DNA from: Enterobacteria phage vB_EcoM_IME540
DNA: 64,000 bases
Sequence record: MT150133.1
Reading direction: 5' to 3' (one strand)
Position 1 is the stretch's first letter. Every line of letters starts with the position of its first letter. A program made the position numbers and the translations under genes. The notes beneath the pieces were generated by a model. The model made no database searches, was not told the origin of the DNA, and saw nothing but the letters and a program-made list of their open reading frames with translations. Positions 37,854-51,219 of this stretch are shown here, in pieces.

Positions 37854-38518
37854 TGACTTTAACTGAAATGAAAAGCGGGTTAAAATCCCGCTTAGCTGAT
37901 TATTTGGAATTATCTTATACCAGTGACAAGCCTACTGCTGTCGCTGACCAACGACCTATTGGTGGCCCTTCTGCAAACCAAACCCAGAAGGGTGTTTATT
38001 TTCCTACGGTCCAAAGTGCAATAGATGATATTGCATTTAGAGCAGAGCTTCCTGTGAACTCTGTTATTGTTACTACGGAAAATAGAGCCCCCGGATTTAT
38101 TCAGCAATCTGATAAAATTACATTTACTGGTTCTATTTCTTCGGGTGGTGAACTTGGCGACCCGGTTATTATTAAAGTGTTTGGACTTCCTGTAGAGGTC
38201 TTAGTTGGTGATTCATCCGTATTGGTTGCATCTAAAGTAAATGATGTGTTTTTAGACGCTATTGCTAATAGCTATATTTTGGCCGAAACTGCTATTGATG
38301 CCTTAGACCAATCTACCTTGAATATTAAATACAATGACTATCAGAATCATATTTTTTCACCATATAAACAATCGGGTTGTACAATTTCCCATACCATAGT
38401 CCAACAGCCGAGGGCTGGATACGGCAAGTGGGAATACTTAGGTAACTCTACCCAATCGTTAGCAGGTGGTACAGTTAACGGCACGATTCCTTTATATTAC
38501 TATAAGAGATTATATTAA
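37853..38518 (+). CDS. 11: gp11 baseplate wedge protein (short tail fibre attachment)
   Basis: 221 aa; synteny. Confidence 0.85.
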   Translation: MTLTEMKSGLKSRLADYLELSYTSDKPTAVADQRPIGGPSANQTQKGVYFPTVQSAIDDIAFRAELPVNSVIVTTENRAPGFIQQSDKITFTGSISSGGELGDPVIIKVFGLPVEVLVGDSSVLVASKVNDVFLDAIANSYILAETAIDALDQSTLNIKYNDYQNHIFSPYKQSGCTISHTIVQQPRAGYGKWEYLGNSTQSLAGGTVNGTIPLYYYKRLY

Positions 38519-40044
38519 TGTCAACAAACACACTAAAACACATTAGTGATAAATCGGAATTCAAATCATTCGACCCTACTGGGTCGAATTTCCCACCTGA
38601 TATTACTAATGTTCAAGAAGCATTGGCAACTATTTCATTAATCGGTGTCACAGGTAATGTTCCTTCAGCCACAGAAACATCCCAAGGTATTATTCGTCTG
38701 GCCACAACACAAGAAGTAATGGATGGATTGGATGCTTATAGTGCAGTGACCCCAGCAACTTTAAAAGCCCGTTTAGATATTCCTACTCAGGCAACAGAAA
38801 CTTATGTAGGTATCACCCGTTACGCTACTAACGCTGAAGCTATAGCAGGCACAGAGCCCCAGGCTGCAATCGTAGCAACCTCTTTGAAAGCGGTAATGGA
38901 TTATACATTTGAGAACCGTTTATCAACAGAGAACGCCACAGGCGTTATCAAGATTTCAACTACACCTGCTGCATTAGCTGGTACCGATGATACCACAGCG
39001 ATGTCCCCACTTAAAGTATCGCAAGCAATTGGTGCAGCGACAGCAGCTTTACCGGTTTATTCTACGGCAACGACTACAAATGAAGGTTTAGTTCGTTTAG
39101 CGACTAATGCTGAAGTTGGTAATGGAAATCTTTCTGTAGGTATCGCTATTTCTCCAGCAGGATTAGCCACATTAACTTCCACCGAAGAACGAAGCGGTAT
39201 TATTAAACTCGCTGGTTGGGATATGGTATCTAATGGTACTGACCACACCGCCGCTGTTACACCTGCTTCTTTGTTAGCTCGTACAGGTAATACCGGACGC
39301 ATTGGATTGGTTCGATTATCTACTACCGTAGGTCAAGGCGACGGTAATACAGCACTGGCTTATAATGCTAACGTTATTTCTACTTCAGGCGGTGAAATAT
39401 GGGGTACTTTAAACGTTAATGGCGCATTACGCCGTAATGGTGTTGATGTTGTTACCCACGACCAATTATCAGATAGCGTCCCGGTAGGTACTATTTGTAT
39501 GTGGGGTGGCCATGAAGGTAATATACCTGGTAAATGGCGTGCTTGTGTAGGTGGGACTTACACCGGTGGAGCATATTTAAATGCTGTTGGTGGACGTTGG
39601 GGATGGTGGGGTGCTATTCCGGATTTCCGTGGATTATATCCTCGTGGCGCTAACATGGTTGGCGGATATTCTGAAGGCGAAGTTAACCCACATATTGCCG
39701 GTAACCGAGGAGAAGACGGTAAAGGTAAAGCCCGTTTAGGTAATGGTGTTGGTTCGTTCCCACAATCTTCCGTTCAAGCCCAAGCATTACGTTATCATAA
39801 ACATGCTGGTGGTTTTGGTGAACACGATAACTATGGCGCTTTTGGTAACACCGCTAACTCCGGATATGTTGGTACTCGTAAAGGACTTGACTGGGATAAC
39901 CGTAGTTATTTTACTAACGAAGGGTTTGAAACCACCGATCCTTGGAACCGTGATGGCCATAGCACACTGAATAGTGAAGGACTTATTGCAAATGAAACAC
40001 GTCCTTGGACAATGTCCGTTCTTTTTATTATTAAAGTAGAATAA
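38518..40044 (+). CDS. 12: gp12 short tail fibre
   Basis: 508 aa; repeated beta-rich N-terminal units; C-terminal receptor-binding region; synteny. Confidence 0.85.
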   Translation: MSTNTLKHISDKSEFKSFDPTGSNFPPDITNVQEALATISLIGVTGNVPSATETSQGIIRLATTQEVMDGLDAYSAVTPATLKARLDIPTQATETYVGITRYATNAEAIAGTEPQAAIVATSLKAVMDYTFENRLSTENATGVIKISTTPAALAGTDDTTAMSPLKVSQAIGAATAALPVYSTATTTNEGLVRLATNAEVGNGNLSVGIAISPAGLATLTSTEERSGIIKLAGWDMVSNGTDHTAAVTPASLLARTGNTGRIGLVRLSTTVGQGDGNTALAYNANVISTSGGEIWGTLNVNGALRRNGVDVVTHDQLSDSVPVGTICMWGGHEGNIPGKWRACVGGTYTGGAYLNAVGGRWGWWGAIPDFRGLYPRGANMVGGYSEGEVNPHIAGNRGEDGKGKARLGNGVGSFPQSSVQAQALRYHKHAGGFGEHDNYGAFGNTANSGYVGTRKGLDWDNRSYFTNEGFETTDPWNRDGHSTLNSEGLIANETRPWTMSVLFIIKVE

Positions 40045-40053
40045 GGGTAAAAA

Positions 40054-42216
40054 ATGATTAACAAATTGGAACTTAGTGAGTTACCATTTGTTGACGGCGT
40101 ACCTGATGCTCCTCAAAAGCGTATCCAATGGATACGCGAGGGTGATTGTATGTCTGCAGCAAAAACAAAATACGGCAATGAAGGTAATTTGAACGCTGCT
40201 GCTTTAGGAGTTCAGAAAAACGTTGAAGCTCTTGATGCGAATGATTTGAAAACAGCAGATAAAGTTAACGAACTGGTAGAAAACGTTAATAATATCAATG
40301 ATGCCTTAGAAATGGCTACTGATATTTCCGTCATCCAGCAAATTGAGAAAAACCGTGTTGATATCGTGGACCTTAAAAAGGTTACTTCAGAAACAACAGG
40401 AAAATTGGATGAGTTAACCACCAATTTTGATTACTTGCGTGAAGACGTTGGTTACCATGACCCTTTACAAGACGGCCCATATTTAACTGTACGTGAAAAT
40501 ATTGTTCTTCTTAAAACCGAAATAGGTCATTATGAAAACCAGGATATAAATGGCAATCCATTGCCTCCGGGTGAAACCAATGAAGCCACTGGTATGAAAC
40601 GTCGCATCATTGATAATACCACTCAATTGGTCGACCATCGTCTTCGCATTGATACCCTTGAAAGGAATTATGAAGATTCTGACGTCGGGCAACTAGGTAT
40701 TAAATTAAATGAAATTCGTGCTGAACTTGGCCCTCATTCTGATACTGTAGGTAAACAACCGGCTTATACCCGAATTTCTGTATTAGAAACGGCTGCAATT
40801 AATTTCAATACATCTATCGACGAAATTAAGACTAATATTGATTTCTCCGGTATGCCTATAAAGGACCGAGTAACTACTTTAGAAAGCAAAACTCTTACCC
40901 TAGAAAATTCAGTCAACGTTGATTTAAAACCTCGTGTAACATCAATTGAAACCCAAATAGGATCCGAATCAACTCCTACTTCTATTAATGGGCGTTTGAG
41001 CGGTCTTCGCACCGATGTAAATGACCTTAAAACCATAGTAGGTGTTAGTTCAAGTGATGGCTTACGTTTCCAAGTTACTGATATCAACCGCCGTTTAGGT
41101 GGTGAAGTATCTCCGGCAGCTGGGACCATTAATAAGCGTTTAAATGACGTTATTATCCAAGCAAACCAATCTACTTCATCTATCCAGGATATTCAAGTAG
41201 AAATTGGAAATAACCAATCCGGTATTAAGGGTACTTTACTTAAACTCACCAATAAGGTTGACGGGACAAACCCTAACGGTGCTACTGTAGAAGAACGTGG
41301 TCTTATTAACGCGGTTACTTCTTTAGAAACCCAGATGTTAGGTAAGTTGAATGATGCCCCTTCCGATGGTAAACTTTATGCTCGTCGTAATGCTACATGG
41401 ACCGAAGTTCCTAACGTTTCTACTGAAATAGAATCTGTTAAGGATGATTTAGTTGTTACCGATGGTAAAGTGGCAGCTTTAACTTCTAGAGTCGATGGTA
41501 ATGATACCTCAATTTCTTCTCTTGATACTCGCACCGGTGCATTAAACACTTCGGTTGGTGAGATTAAAGCAGATATCGTTACTATAAAGGCTAAAGACCT
41601 TGAACAGGACAGTCGTTTAACAGCACTTGAATCTAGTGATGTTACTGTTAATGGAAAAATAACGGCACTTGAATCTAAAACCGATACCACCGATTCTGAT
41701 GTTACCGCTTTGGCCTTAGATGTGAGTTCTATAGAATCACAATTAATTCCTATTAAAGCTGATATAACTAAGAACAAAGGCGATATAGTTACTTTAACCG
41801 GACGAGTAGCTGCTAATGAAGGTGAAATTGCCGATATTAAATTAGACACCGCTAAAATAGCTCCTTTGGCTACTCGAGTCACTACTGCTGAAGGTAAAAT
41901 TACCACCTTAGAAACAGGTTTGGCAGCAGTTAAAGTTGAATCCGATAAAGTTGCAGGAATCAATACCCGTTTAGGTACGGTAGAAGGTAAAGTTGGTACT
42001 CTTGAAACAGGTTTAGCAGCGGTTAAAGTTGAATCTGATAAAGTTGCTGATTTAGGAACCCGTTTAACTGCGGCTGAAGGTAAAATCACTGCACTAGAAA
42101 CTGAGTTGGCCAAACGCCCTCCTGTTGCTCCTGTTGCTGATGGACTTCCATATGTTCTTGTTGATAATGCGTGGGTGCTATTGTCAGATTTTGTGACTTT
42201 AAACCCAGCACCATAA
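40054..42216 (+). CDS. wac: fibritin (whisker antigen control), extended
   Basis: 720 aa coiled-coil; N-terminus ELSELPFVDGVPDA; C-terminal foldon-like ...DGLPYVLVDNAWVLLSDFV; internal 93-bp tandem repeat. Confidence 0.88.
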   Translation: MINKLELSELPFVDGVPDAPQKRIQWIREGDCMSAAKTKYGNEGNLNAAALGVQKNVEALDANDLKTADKVNELVENVNNINDALEMATDISVIQQIEKNRVDIVDLKKVTSETTGKLDELTTNFDYLREDVGYHDPLQDGPYLTVRENIVLLKTEIGHYENQDINGNPLPPGETNEATGMKRRIIDNTTQLVDHRLRIDTLERNYEDSDVGQLGIKLNEIRAELGPHSDTVGKQPAYTRISVLETAAINFNTSIDEIKTNIDFSGMPIKDRVTTLESKTLTLENSVNVDLKPRVTSIETQIGSESTPTSINGRLSGLRTDVNDLKTIVGVSSSDGLRFQVTDINRRLGGEVSPAAGTINKRLNDVIIQANQSTSSIQDIQVEIGNNQSGIKGTLLKLTNKVDGTNPNGATVEERGLINAVTSLETQMLGKLNDAPSDGKLYARRNATWTEVPNVSTEIESVKDDLVVTDGKVAALTSRVDGNDTSISSLDTRTGALNTSVGEIKADIVTIKAKDLEQDSRLTALESSDVTVNGKITALESKTDTTDSDVTALALDVSSIESQLIPIKADITKNKGDIVTLTGRVAANEGEIADIKLDTAKIAPLATRVTTAEGKITTLETGLAAVKVESDKVAGINTRLGTVEGKVGTLETGLAAVKVESDKVADLGTRLTAAEGKITALETELAKRPPVAPVADGLPYVLVDNAWVLLSDFVTLNPAP
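41890..42110 (+). repeat. in-frame 93-bp tandem repeat (~2.4 units) inside wac
   Basis: GAAGGTAAA(A/G)T... units start at 41890, 41983 and 42076; encode repeated TLETGLAAVKVESDKVA segments. Confidence 0.7.
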
Positions 42217-42239
42217 TAAAAGGGCTTCGGCCCTTTTTT
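42217..42239 (+). terminator. intrinsic terminator after wac
   Basis: GGGC-TTCG-GCCC followed by TTTTTT. Confidence 0.6.
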
Positions 42240-42241
42240 GC

Positions 42242-42249
42242 TATAAATA
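42242..42249 (+). promoter_or_regulatory. late promoter (TATAAATA) for gene 13
   Basis: Exact TATAAATA 22 nt upstream of ATG. Confidence 0.6.
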
Positions 42250-42270
42250 CGGTTATTAGAGGAATAAACC

Positions 42271-43206
42271 ATGGCAAGTGAATCATATAACCCTAAGCAA
42301 CTCAAGGACGCAATCCTGCGCCGCCTGGGTGCACCGATTACGAATATTGAAGTAACTACAGACCAAGTATACGATTGCATCCAGCGCGCCCTGGAGCTCT
42401 ACGGTGAGTATCATTATAACGGCTATAACAAAGGTTATCAGGCTTTTTATATAGGCCATGATGACGAAGAAAAATTCCGTAACGGCGTATTTGACCTTAA
42501 AGGCCGTAATATATTTGCGGTAACACAAATTTTAAGAACTAATGTAGGTTCTTTAACATCTATGGATGGCCAAGCGACTTATCCATGGTTTACTGATTTT
42601 GTATTAGGCCTAGCTGGTATTAATGGCGGTCTTGGAACTTCTTGTAACAGCTTTGGGCCTAATGCCTTTGGTGCTGACCTCGGGTATTTTACACAATTAA
42701 TGCAATATCGTTCTATGATGCAGGACCTTTTGGTTCCATTGCCTGATTATTGGTATAACGATGCCACTGAACAGTTGAAGGTAATGGGTAACTTTGTTAA
42801 AGGCGATTTTATTGTAATTGAAGTTTATACTCGCTCTTTTAATGGGGTCGATTCTATGGTAGGAAATACCGCAGGATATGGATATGCCTCTGGTGGGTGC
42901 GACGAAAATGAATGGAGCCCCGGAGCTATTTGGGATAACCCGGCTCGTCGTATTTCAGGTATGAGGGCAGGTGAAGACCTTGGTTTGCAAGATGGTTCAT
43001 ATAATAACCGTTGGGTCAAAGATTATGCGACGGCATTGGTTAAAGAAGTCAATGGTAATATTTTGGCCAAACACCAAGGCATGCAACTTGCGGGTGGAAC
43101 CACTGTAGATGGTATTCGATTGATTGAAGAAGCTCGTTTAGAAAAAGAACGCCTTCGCGAAGAATTAGATTTACTCGACCCACCAACACCTATTTTAATT
43201 GGATAA
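42271..43206 (+). CDS. 13: gp13 neck protein
   Basis: 311 aa; synteny; TATAAATA upstream. Confidence 0.85.
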   Translation: MASESYNPKQLKDAILRRLGAPITNIEVTTDQVYDCIQRALELYGEYHYNGYNKGYQAFYIGHDDEEKFRNGVFDLKGRNIFAVTQILRTNVGSLTSMDGQATYPWFTDFVLGLAGINGGLGTSCNSFGPNAFGADLGYFTQLMQYRSMMQDLLVPLPDYWYNDATEQLKVMGNFVKGDFIVIEVYTRSFNGVDSMVGNTAGYGYASGGCDENEWSPGAIWDNPARRISGMRAGEDLGLQDGSYNNRWVKDYATALVKEVNGNILAKHQGMQLAGGTTVDGIRLIEEARLEKERLREELDLLDPPTPILIG

Positions 43207-43208
43207 TT

Positions 43209-43982
43209 ATGGCTACTTTCGATTCGAGTTTATTTGCCAAGCTGGAAAATAATACTGGCTATGCTAACACGAACGAAACTGAAATAATGAATCCGTTCGT
43301 CAACTTCTACAAGCATGAGAATACCCAAACATTGGCTGATGCTTTAGTTGCTGAGTCTATTCAAATGCGTGGTATTGAGCTTTATTATATACCACGTGAA
43401 TACGTTAATCCAGACCAGATATTTGGCGAAGACCTTCAGAACAAATTTACTAAAGCCTGGAAATTTGCAGGTTATTTGGATTCCTTTGAAGGTTATTCCG
43501 GTGACAATACTTATTTCAGTAAGTTCGGTATGATGGTTAATGATGAAGTAACAATCACAATTAACCCTAACCTTTTTAAACATCAATGCAATGGCACTGA
43601 ACCTGTTTCAGGTGATTTGATTTATTTCCCTATGGATAACAGCCTATTCGAAATTAACTGGGTGCAACCTTATGACCCGTTCTATCAAGTGGGTGCTAAT
43701 GTCCAGCGTCGAATCACTGCTACCAAGTTCATTTACAATGGTGAAGAACTTCGTCCTGAATTACAGAGAAATGAAGGTATTAATATTCCTGAGTTTAGTG
43801 AGCTTGATTTAATGCCTGTTAAGAATATCGACGGATTGGCTGATATCTCCGACATTCAATATGAAGAGGTCAATGAGATTAATGCTGAAGCGGCGGAATT
43901 CGTACATCCTTATGTTGTAATTAATGGACGAGGAGAAGATGCTCCTCCTACAGCATTCGATGATGCTTTTTTAGATGATTAA
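43209..43982 (+). CDS. 14: gp14 neck protein
   Basis: 257 aa; synteny. Confidence 0.85.
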   Translation: MATFDSSLFAKLENNTGYANTNETEIMNPFVNFYKHENTQTLADALVAESIQMRGIELYYIPREYVNPDQIFGEDLQNKFTKAWKFAGYLDSFEGYSGDNTYFSKFGMMVNDEVTITINPNLFKHQCNGTEPVSGDLIYFPMDNSLFEINWVQPYDPFYQVGANVQRRITATKFIYNGEELRPELQRNEGINIPEFSELDLMPVKNIDGLADISDIQYEEVNEINAEAAEFVHPYVVINGRGEDAPPTAFDDAFLDD

Positions 43983-43989
43983 ATAATAC

Positions 43990-44012
43990 ATGGCGCATGG
44001 TGCGCCATTTTA
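43990..44012 (+). terminator. intrinsic terminator after gene 14
   Basis: TGGCGCA-TGG-TGCGCCA followed by TTTT. Confidence 0.55.
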
Positions 44013-44018
44013 GGAGGT

Positions 44019-44884
44019 TTGATGTTTGGACATTGGTATAATAGTTCGCTACGTCGCTATATTGTTTTGATGGGTGATTTATTTTCCCATGTTCAAGTAG
44101 CACGTCAAAGAGAAGATACAGGGCTTAAATTTATTAAAGTTCCTATTACGTATGCTTCTAAAGAAAGATTTATGGCAAATTTGGGTAAATGGACGGCAGT
44201 ACAGAATATTCCAAATCCTAATATGACAGCTAAAGAACGGGCCGAACAAAAAGCTAAAGTGGAAACAGTTCTTCCGCGTATGAACCTCCAAATGGTTGAT
44301 ATGCTTTACAACTCACAATATAAAACAGCCCTTCAAAACAGAACACAAATTCAATTTGAGAATGGCGACCCACGTAAGCGTGTCAGCCAATATTCTCCTA
44401 CTCCGGTTAAAATGATTTTCGAACTGGGTATTTACACTAGAACCCAAGATGATATGTTCCAAATTGTAGAACAGATTATGCCTTATTTCCAACCTCACTT
44501 CAATACAACTATCACTGAACTCTATACAAACGAAATTAAATTTGACCGTGATATCCGTATTGTGTTCCAATCTATAGCAATGGATGAACAATTAGAAGGT
44601 GATACCACTTCTAGACGTCGCTTAGAGTGGTCTATGATGTTTGAGGTTAATGGTTGGTTATATCCTCCTGTGAAGGAAATGGAAGGCGAAATTAAAACCA
44701 TTTATCTTGATTTCTTTGCCAACTCAAAGGAACTCGCTCCTGAAGGTAATTTCGAATCGGTTGATAGCGAAGTGGTTCCTAGAGGTGTAGAAGAAAAAGA
44801 ATGGGACGGTAAGTCCATTCAAACATATTCACAAGATATTCCAGTGCCTGTCGAGCCAGCGCCTCCAGCACCAAGGAGAAACCC

Positions 44885-44888
<4 letters not shown>
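44019..44888 (+). CDS. 15: gp15 tail sheath stabiliser/terminator
   Basis: 289 aa; synteny between 14 and 16. Confidence 0.82.
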
Positions 44889-47198
<2,310 letters not shown>

Positions 47199-47227
47199 AC
47201 AATAAAGCATAACCAAGAGGATTCAAA

Positions 47228-49210
47228 ATGGCTTTATTATCACCGGGCATTGAGCTCAAAGAAACGTCCGTACAGAGTACTGTCGTTCGTAACGCAACGG
47301 GTCGTGCAGCGCTGGTTGGTAAATTCCAGTGGGGCCCTGCTTTCCAGGTAACTCAAATTACTAACGAAGTTGAACTGGTGGATTTGTTTGGAGGTCCTAA
47401 TAACGAAGTTGCTGATTACTTCATGTCGGGTATGAACTTCCTCCAGTATGGTAACGACCTTCGTACTGTTCGTGTTGTTAACCGTGAATTCGCTAAAAAC
47501 GCGTCTCCGGTAGCGGGTAACGTCCAAACCACTATTACTACTGCAGGTTCTAACTATGCGGTAGGCGATAAAATTAATATCAAATATAACCAGACTGTTG
47601 TTGAATCTGAAGGTCGTGTAACTTCGGTCGATACAGACGGTAAAATTCTATCAGTGTTTATTCCTACCGGCAAGATTATTTCTTATGCTCGTTCTGTTAA
47701 CCAGTATCCGAACCTAGGCCCTGCGTGGACTGCTGAAGTTACTTCTGCCTCTTCCGGTGTTTCTGGTACTATTACTGTCGGTAAAATTGTAACCGATTCC
47801 GGTATTCTGTTGACTGAAGCAGAGAACAGTGAAGAAGCTATTACTTCCCTGGAGTTCCAAGCATCTCTTAAACAGTTTGGTATGCCTGGTGTGGTCGCCC
47901 TTTATCCTGGTGAAATTGGTAGTACTCTAGAAGTTGAAATTGTTTCTAAAGCGGCTTATGATGCTGGTTCTACTAAAATGTTGGATATTTATCCAAACGG
48001 TGGTACTCGTGCTTCTGTAGCTAAAGCGGTATTCAACTACGGCCCTCAGTCCGATAACCAGTATGCTATTATTGTTCGTCGTGATGGTGCAATCGTAGAA
48101 TCCGTCGTACTTTCTACCAAAGAAGGCGAAAAAGACGTTTACGGTAATAACATCTATCTGGATGATTATTTCGCTAAAGGCACTTCGAACTATATCTTCG
48201 CTACCTCTCTGAACTGGCCGGCCGGTTTTAGTGGTATCATCAATCTTATGGGTGGTGTATCTGCTAACGATCAGGTTACTGCGAGTGATTTGATGCAGGG
48301 TTGGGATTTGTTTGCCGACCGTGAAGCACTCCATATTAACCTTTTGATTGCTGGTGCCGTTGCCGGTGAAGGTGATGAAGTTGCTTCTACCGTCCAGAAA
48401 CACGTTGTTAGTATTGCTGATGAACGTCAGGATTGCTTGGCATTTATTTCTCCTCCTAAAGGACTGTTGGTTAACGTTCCATTGACTCGTGCAGTAGATA
48501 ATCTTATCGACTGGCGTACCGGTGCAGGTACTTTCGATACCAACAACATGAACATTAGCACCACTTATGCTGCTATTGATGGTAACTATAAATATCAGTA
48601 TGACAAATATAATGACGTAAACCGTTGGGTGCCTCTGGCCGCTGATATGGCTGGTTTGTGTGCACGTACTGATGATGTTTCTCAGCCTTGGATGTCTCCG
48701 GCAGGTTATAACCGTGGCCAGATTCTTAACGTTCTGAAATTGGCAATTGAACCACGTCAAGCACAACGTGACCGCATGTACCAGGAAGCTATTAACCCAG
48801 TTGTTGGTTTTGCTGGCGGTGATGGTTTCGTATTGTTTGGTGATAAGACTGCAACTAAAGTTCCATCTCCGATGGACCACATTAACGTTCGCCGTCTGTT
48901 CAACATGCTTAAGAAAAATATCGGTGATGCCTCTAAATATAAACTGTTTGAATTGAACGACAACTTCACTCGTTCAAGCTTCCGTATGGAAGTTTCTCAG
49001 TACTTAGATGGTATTAAGGCACTTGGTGGGATTTATGAAGGACGCGTGGTTTGTGATACTACAGTGAACACCCCTGCGGTTATCGACCGTAATGAGTTTA
49101 TTGCTAATATCTACGTTAAACCGGCCCGTTCTATTAACTACATCACGTTGAACTTCGTTGCAACGAGCACTGGTGCTGATTTTGATGAATTGATTGGACC
49201 TTTAGTATAA
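47228..49210 (+). CDS. 18: tail sheath protein gp18
   Basis: 660 aa; MALLSPGIELKET... ; synteny. Confidence 0.92.
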   Translation: MALLSPGIELKETSVQSTVVRNATGRAALVGKFQWGPAFQVTQITNEVELVDLFGGPNNEVADYFMSGMNFLQYGNDLRTVRVVNREFAKNASPVAGNVQTTITTAGSNYAVGDKINIKYNQTVVESEGRVTSVDTDGKILSVFIPTGKIISYARSVNQYPNLGPAWTAEVTSASSGVSGTITVGKIVTDSGILLTEAENSEEAITSLEFQASLKQFGMPGVVALYPGEIGSTLEVEIVSKAAYDAGSTKMLDIYPNGGTRASVAKAVFNYGPQSDNQYAIIVRRDGAIVESVVLSTKEGEKDVYGNNIYLDDYFAKGTSNYIFATSLNWPAGFSGIINLMGGVSANDQVTASDLMQGWDLFADREALHINLLIAGAVAGEGDEVASTVQKHVVSIADERQDCLAFISPPKGLLVNVPLTRAVDNLIDWRTGAGTFDTNNMNISTTYAAIDGNYKYQYDKYNDVNRWVPLAADMAGLCARTDDVSQPWMSPAGYNRGQILNVLKLAIEPRQAQRDRMYQEAINPVVGFAGGDGFVLFGDKTATKVPSPMDHINVRRLFNMLKKNIGDASKYKLFELNDNFTRSSFRMEVSQYLDGIKALGGIYEGRVVCDTTVNTPAVIDRNEFIANIYVKPARSINYITLNFVATSTGADFDELIGPLV

Positions 49211-49347
49211 TCTATTATCCCAGGCTGTAATATAAAGAACCTAAAACCATTATACCATGTGTTTGGTTACAGCGTACATCACGTAGAATTGCGCCTGGGA
49301 TTGATTATTCTCTTGGAATATGATTTATCAACTGTATAACTAAAAAC

Positions 49348-49375
49348 GTCGCAGGCGCAATCCTGCGACTTTCTG
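49348..49375 (+). terminator. hairpin/terminator after gene 18
   Basis: GTCGCAGG-CGCAAT-CCTGCGAC followed by TTTCT. Confidence 0.45.
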
Positions 49376-49378
49376 GTA

Positions 49379-49386
49379 TATAAATA
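49379..49386 (+). promoter_or_regulatory. TATAAATA motif upstream of HNH gene (function uncertain)
   Basis: Exact TATAAATA only 5 nt upstream of ATG 49392; too close for a normal leader. Confidence 0.3.
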
Positions 49387-49391
49387 TAAGT

Positions 49392-50075
49392 ATGATTACT
49401 AATACTCTATTTGAAATACCTATAACAAATCGTAACGTTTCTGCTTTTAAAAATCTTGGGTATCAAGTTAAAAGTGGGAGCTCCCATTTAATAAAATTAG
49501 AAGACTGCCCTGGAAAAATTGCTGTTACGTGTAAATGTGATAAATGTGGCACTTATTATACTGTAACAAAAGGGCGACTTAATGAAACCAATTCTAAGTT
49601 CTGTAAAGAGCATCGTTGGGAAGTCTATTCAGAAACAAGAAAAGAATATTGGAATTCTGATGAAGGCATAAAAATCCGTAAAACCAAAGGGCCTAAAATT
49701 TCTAAGTCTAAAAAAGGTATAAAGATTGAAGCTTGTTCAGGACCTAAAAACGGAAGATGGAATCCTAACAAATCTGAACGTAATAAATATTATTATTCAG
49801 TGAGGTCTTTTACTAATAAGACTTTTAAAGAAGAAGTTGATAATCTACCAAATAGACATCTAAGCGGGATATGTGGTGTTAAAGGAGCTTATCAATTAGA
49901 CCATAGGGTATCTATCAAATATGGATTTGAAAATGGCGTCCCTCCCGAAATAATAGGACACATTTGCAATCTAGAAATGATTCCTTGGGAAAAGAATCGA
50001 AGTAAAGATTCTAAAAATAGTATAGATTTAGATATGCTATTCCATTTAATTGAAGAATATGATAGGAAACACTAA
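49392..50075 (+). CDS. HNH homing endonuclease-like protein inserted between genes 18 and 19
   Basis: 227 aa; Cys-rich N-terminal zinc-finger-like CKCDKCG...CKEH; C-terminal HNH-like LDHRVSIKYGFENG...NLEMIPWEKNRSK. Confidence 0.6.
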   Translation: MITNTLFEIPITNRNVSAFKNLGYQVKSGSSHLIKLEDCPGKIAVTCKCDKCGTYYTVTKGRLNETNSKFCKEHRWEVYSETRKEYWNSDEGIKIRKTKGPKISKSKKGIKIEACSGPKNGRWNPNKSERNKYYYSVRSFTNKTFKEEVDNLPNRHLSGICGVKGAYQLDHRVSIKYGFENGVPPEIIGHICNLEMIPWEKNRSKDSKNSIDLDMLFHLIEEYDRKH

Positions 50076-50078
50076 CTT

Positions 50079-50570
50079 ATGGAACTTACGGATATCACTA
50101 GGGCCTTCGAGTCAGGTGACTTTGCACGCCCTAACCTTTTCGAAGTGGAAATTCCATTTCTGGGTAAAAACTTTAGCTTTAAATGTAAAGCAGCACCTAT
50201 GCCGGCAGGCATTGTAGAAAAAGTACCGGTTGGCTACATGAACCGTAAAATTAACGTAGCCGGTGACCGTACGTTTGATGATTGGACCATTACCATTTAT
50301 AACGATGATGCACATGACACCCGTCAAGCAATTGTCGATTGGCAGAATCTCTGTCACGGTATGACCAATGAAATTACCGGTGCAGCACCTGCAGAATATA
50401 AGAAACAAGCAGTAGTTCGCCAGTTCCATCGTGACGGCAAGACTGTGACCAAAGAAGTTACAATTTACGGCTTATGGCCTACTAACGTTGGTGAAGTCCA
50501 GATGGACTGGGACTCGAATAACGAGGTAGAAACATTTGAAAGCACATTTGCTATTGACTGGTGGGAATAA
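50079..50570 (+). CDS. 19: tail tube protein gp19
   Basis: 163 aa (same as T4 gp19); synteny. Confidence 0.9.
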   Translation: MELTDITRAFESGDFARPNLFEVEIPFLGKNFSFKCKAAPMPAGIVEKVPVGYMNRKINVAGDRTFDDWTITIYNDDAHDTRQAIVDWQNLCHGMTNEITGAAPAEYKKQAVVRQFHRDGKTVTKEVTIYGLWPTNVGEVQMDWDSNNEVETFESTFAIDWWE

Positions 50571-50599
50571 GTTTTTACTTTTATAGCAAATTATGATAG

Positions 50600-50607
50600 T
50601 ATAAATA
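50600..50607 (+). promoter_or_regulatory. late promoter (TATAAATA) upstream of GIY-YIG-like gene
   Basis: Exact TATAAATA 30 nt upstream of ATG 50638. Confidence 0.5.
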
Positions 50608-50637
50608 CATTCAAACAATGAAGTCAAGGAGTTTAGA

Positions 50638-51219
50638 ATGTATTGTACTTACTTAACCATATACACGGGGTCTAAACTACCCCGTCGTTATATTGGCTCA
50701 ACATACGTTGAAAGGATTCTCAAAGAAGGATATAATGGTTCTGTATTATCCCAAGCATATAAAAAGATTTGGAATCTAGAACGTAAAGAAAATCCGCACC
50801 TTTTCAAAACCAGAATTTTATCTTTATTTGAAACCGATAAAGAAGCTCGTATAGCTGAGAAAGAGCTTCAAATAAAGTATAATGTAGTTAAATCTAAAAA
50901 CTATATAAATATGTCATTAGCTCAGCCTGACGGGTTCTTTGGAATGTCTCGTAAAGGGATTCCAATGAGTGAACATGCCAAACAGCTACAAAGAGATTGT
51001 AGGTTAGGTAAAAAGAGGCCTGAACATTCTAAAGCTCTAAAAGGACGTAAGCGACCAGACCAAGCCAAAGCTATGTCTGGTGAAGGTAATCCGATGTTTG
51101 GTAAAGAACATCCGGCTAAAGGCAAAAAGATTAATCAGCCAAGGATGATTTGCCCTATCTGTGGTGTTGAATCAACTCGTTCGGCTATAACACGTTATCA
51201 CAAACATGAAAATGAATGA
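50638..51219 (+). CDS. GIY-YIG-like homing endonuclease-like protein inserted between genes 19 and 20
   Basis: N-terminus YLTIYTGSKLPRRYIGST; basic C-terminus with NPMFGKEHP motif and CPICG. Confidence 0.55.
   Translation: MYCTYLTIYTGSKLPRRYIGSTYVERILKEGYNGSVLSQAYKKIWNLERKENPHLFKTRILSLFETDKEARIAEKELQIKYNVVKSKNYINMSLAQPDGFFGMSRKGIPMSEHAKQLQRDCRLGKKRPEHSKALKGRKRPDQAKAMSGEGNPMFGKEHPAKGKKINQPRMICPICGVESTRSAITRYHKHENE

Noticed and set aside
41376-42380. 334-aa minus-strand ORF
   Set aside because: Antisense to the repetitive coiled-coil region of wac; open frame created by repeat composition.
47927-48880. 317-aa minus-strand ORF
   Set aside because: Antisense to tail sheath gene 18; no start context.
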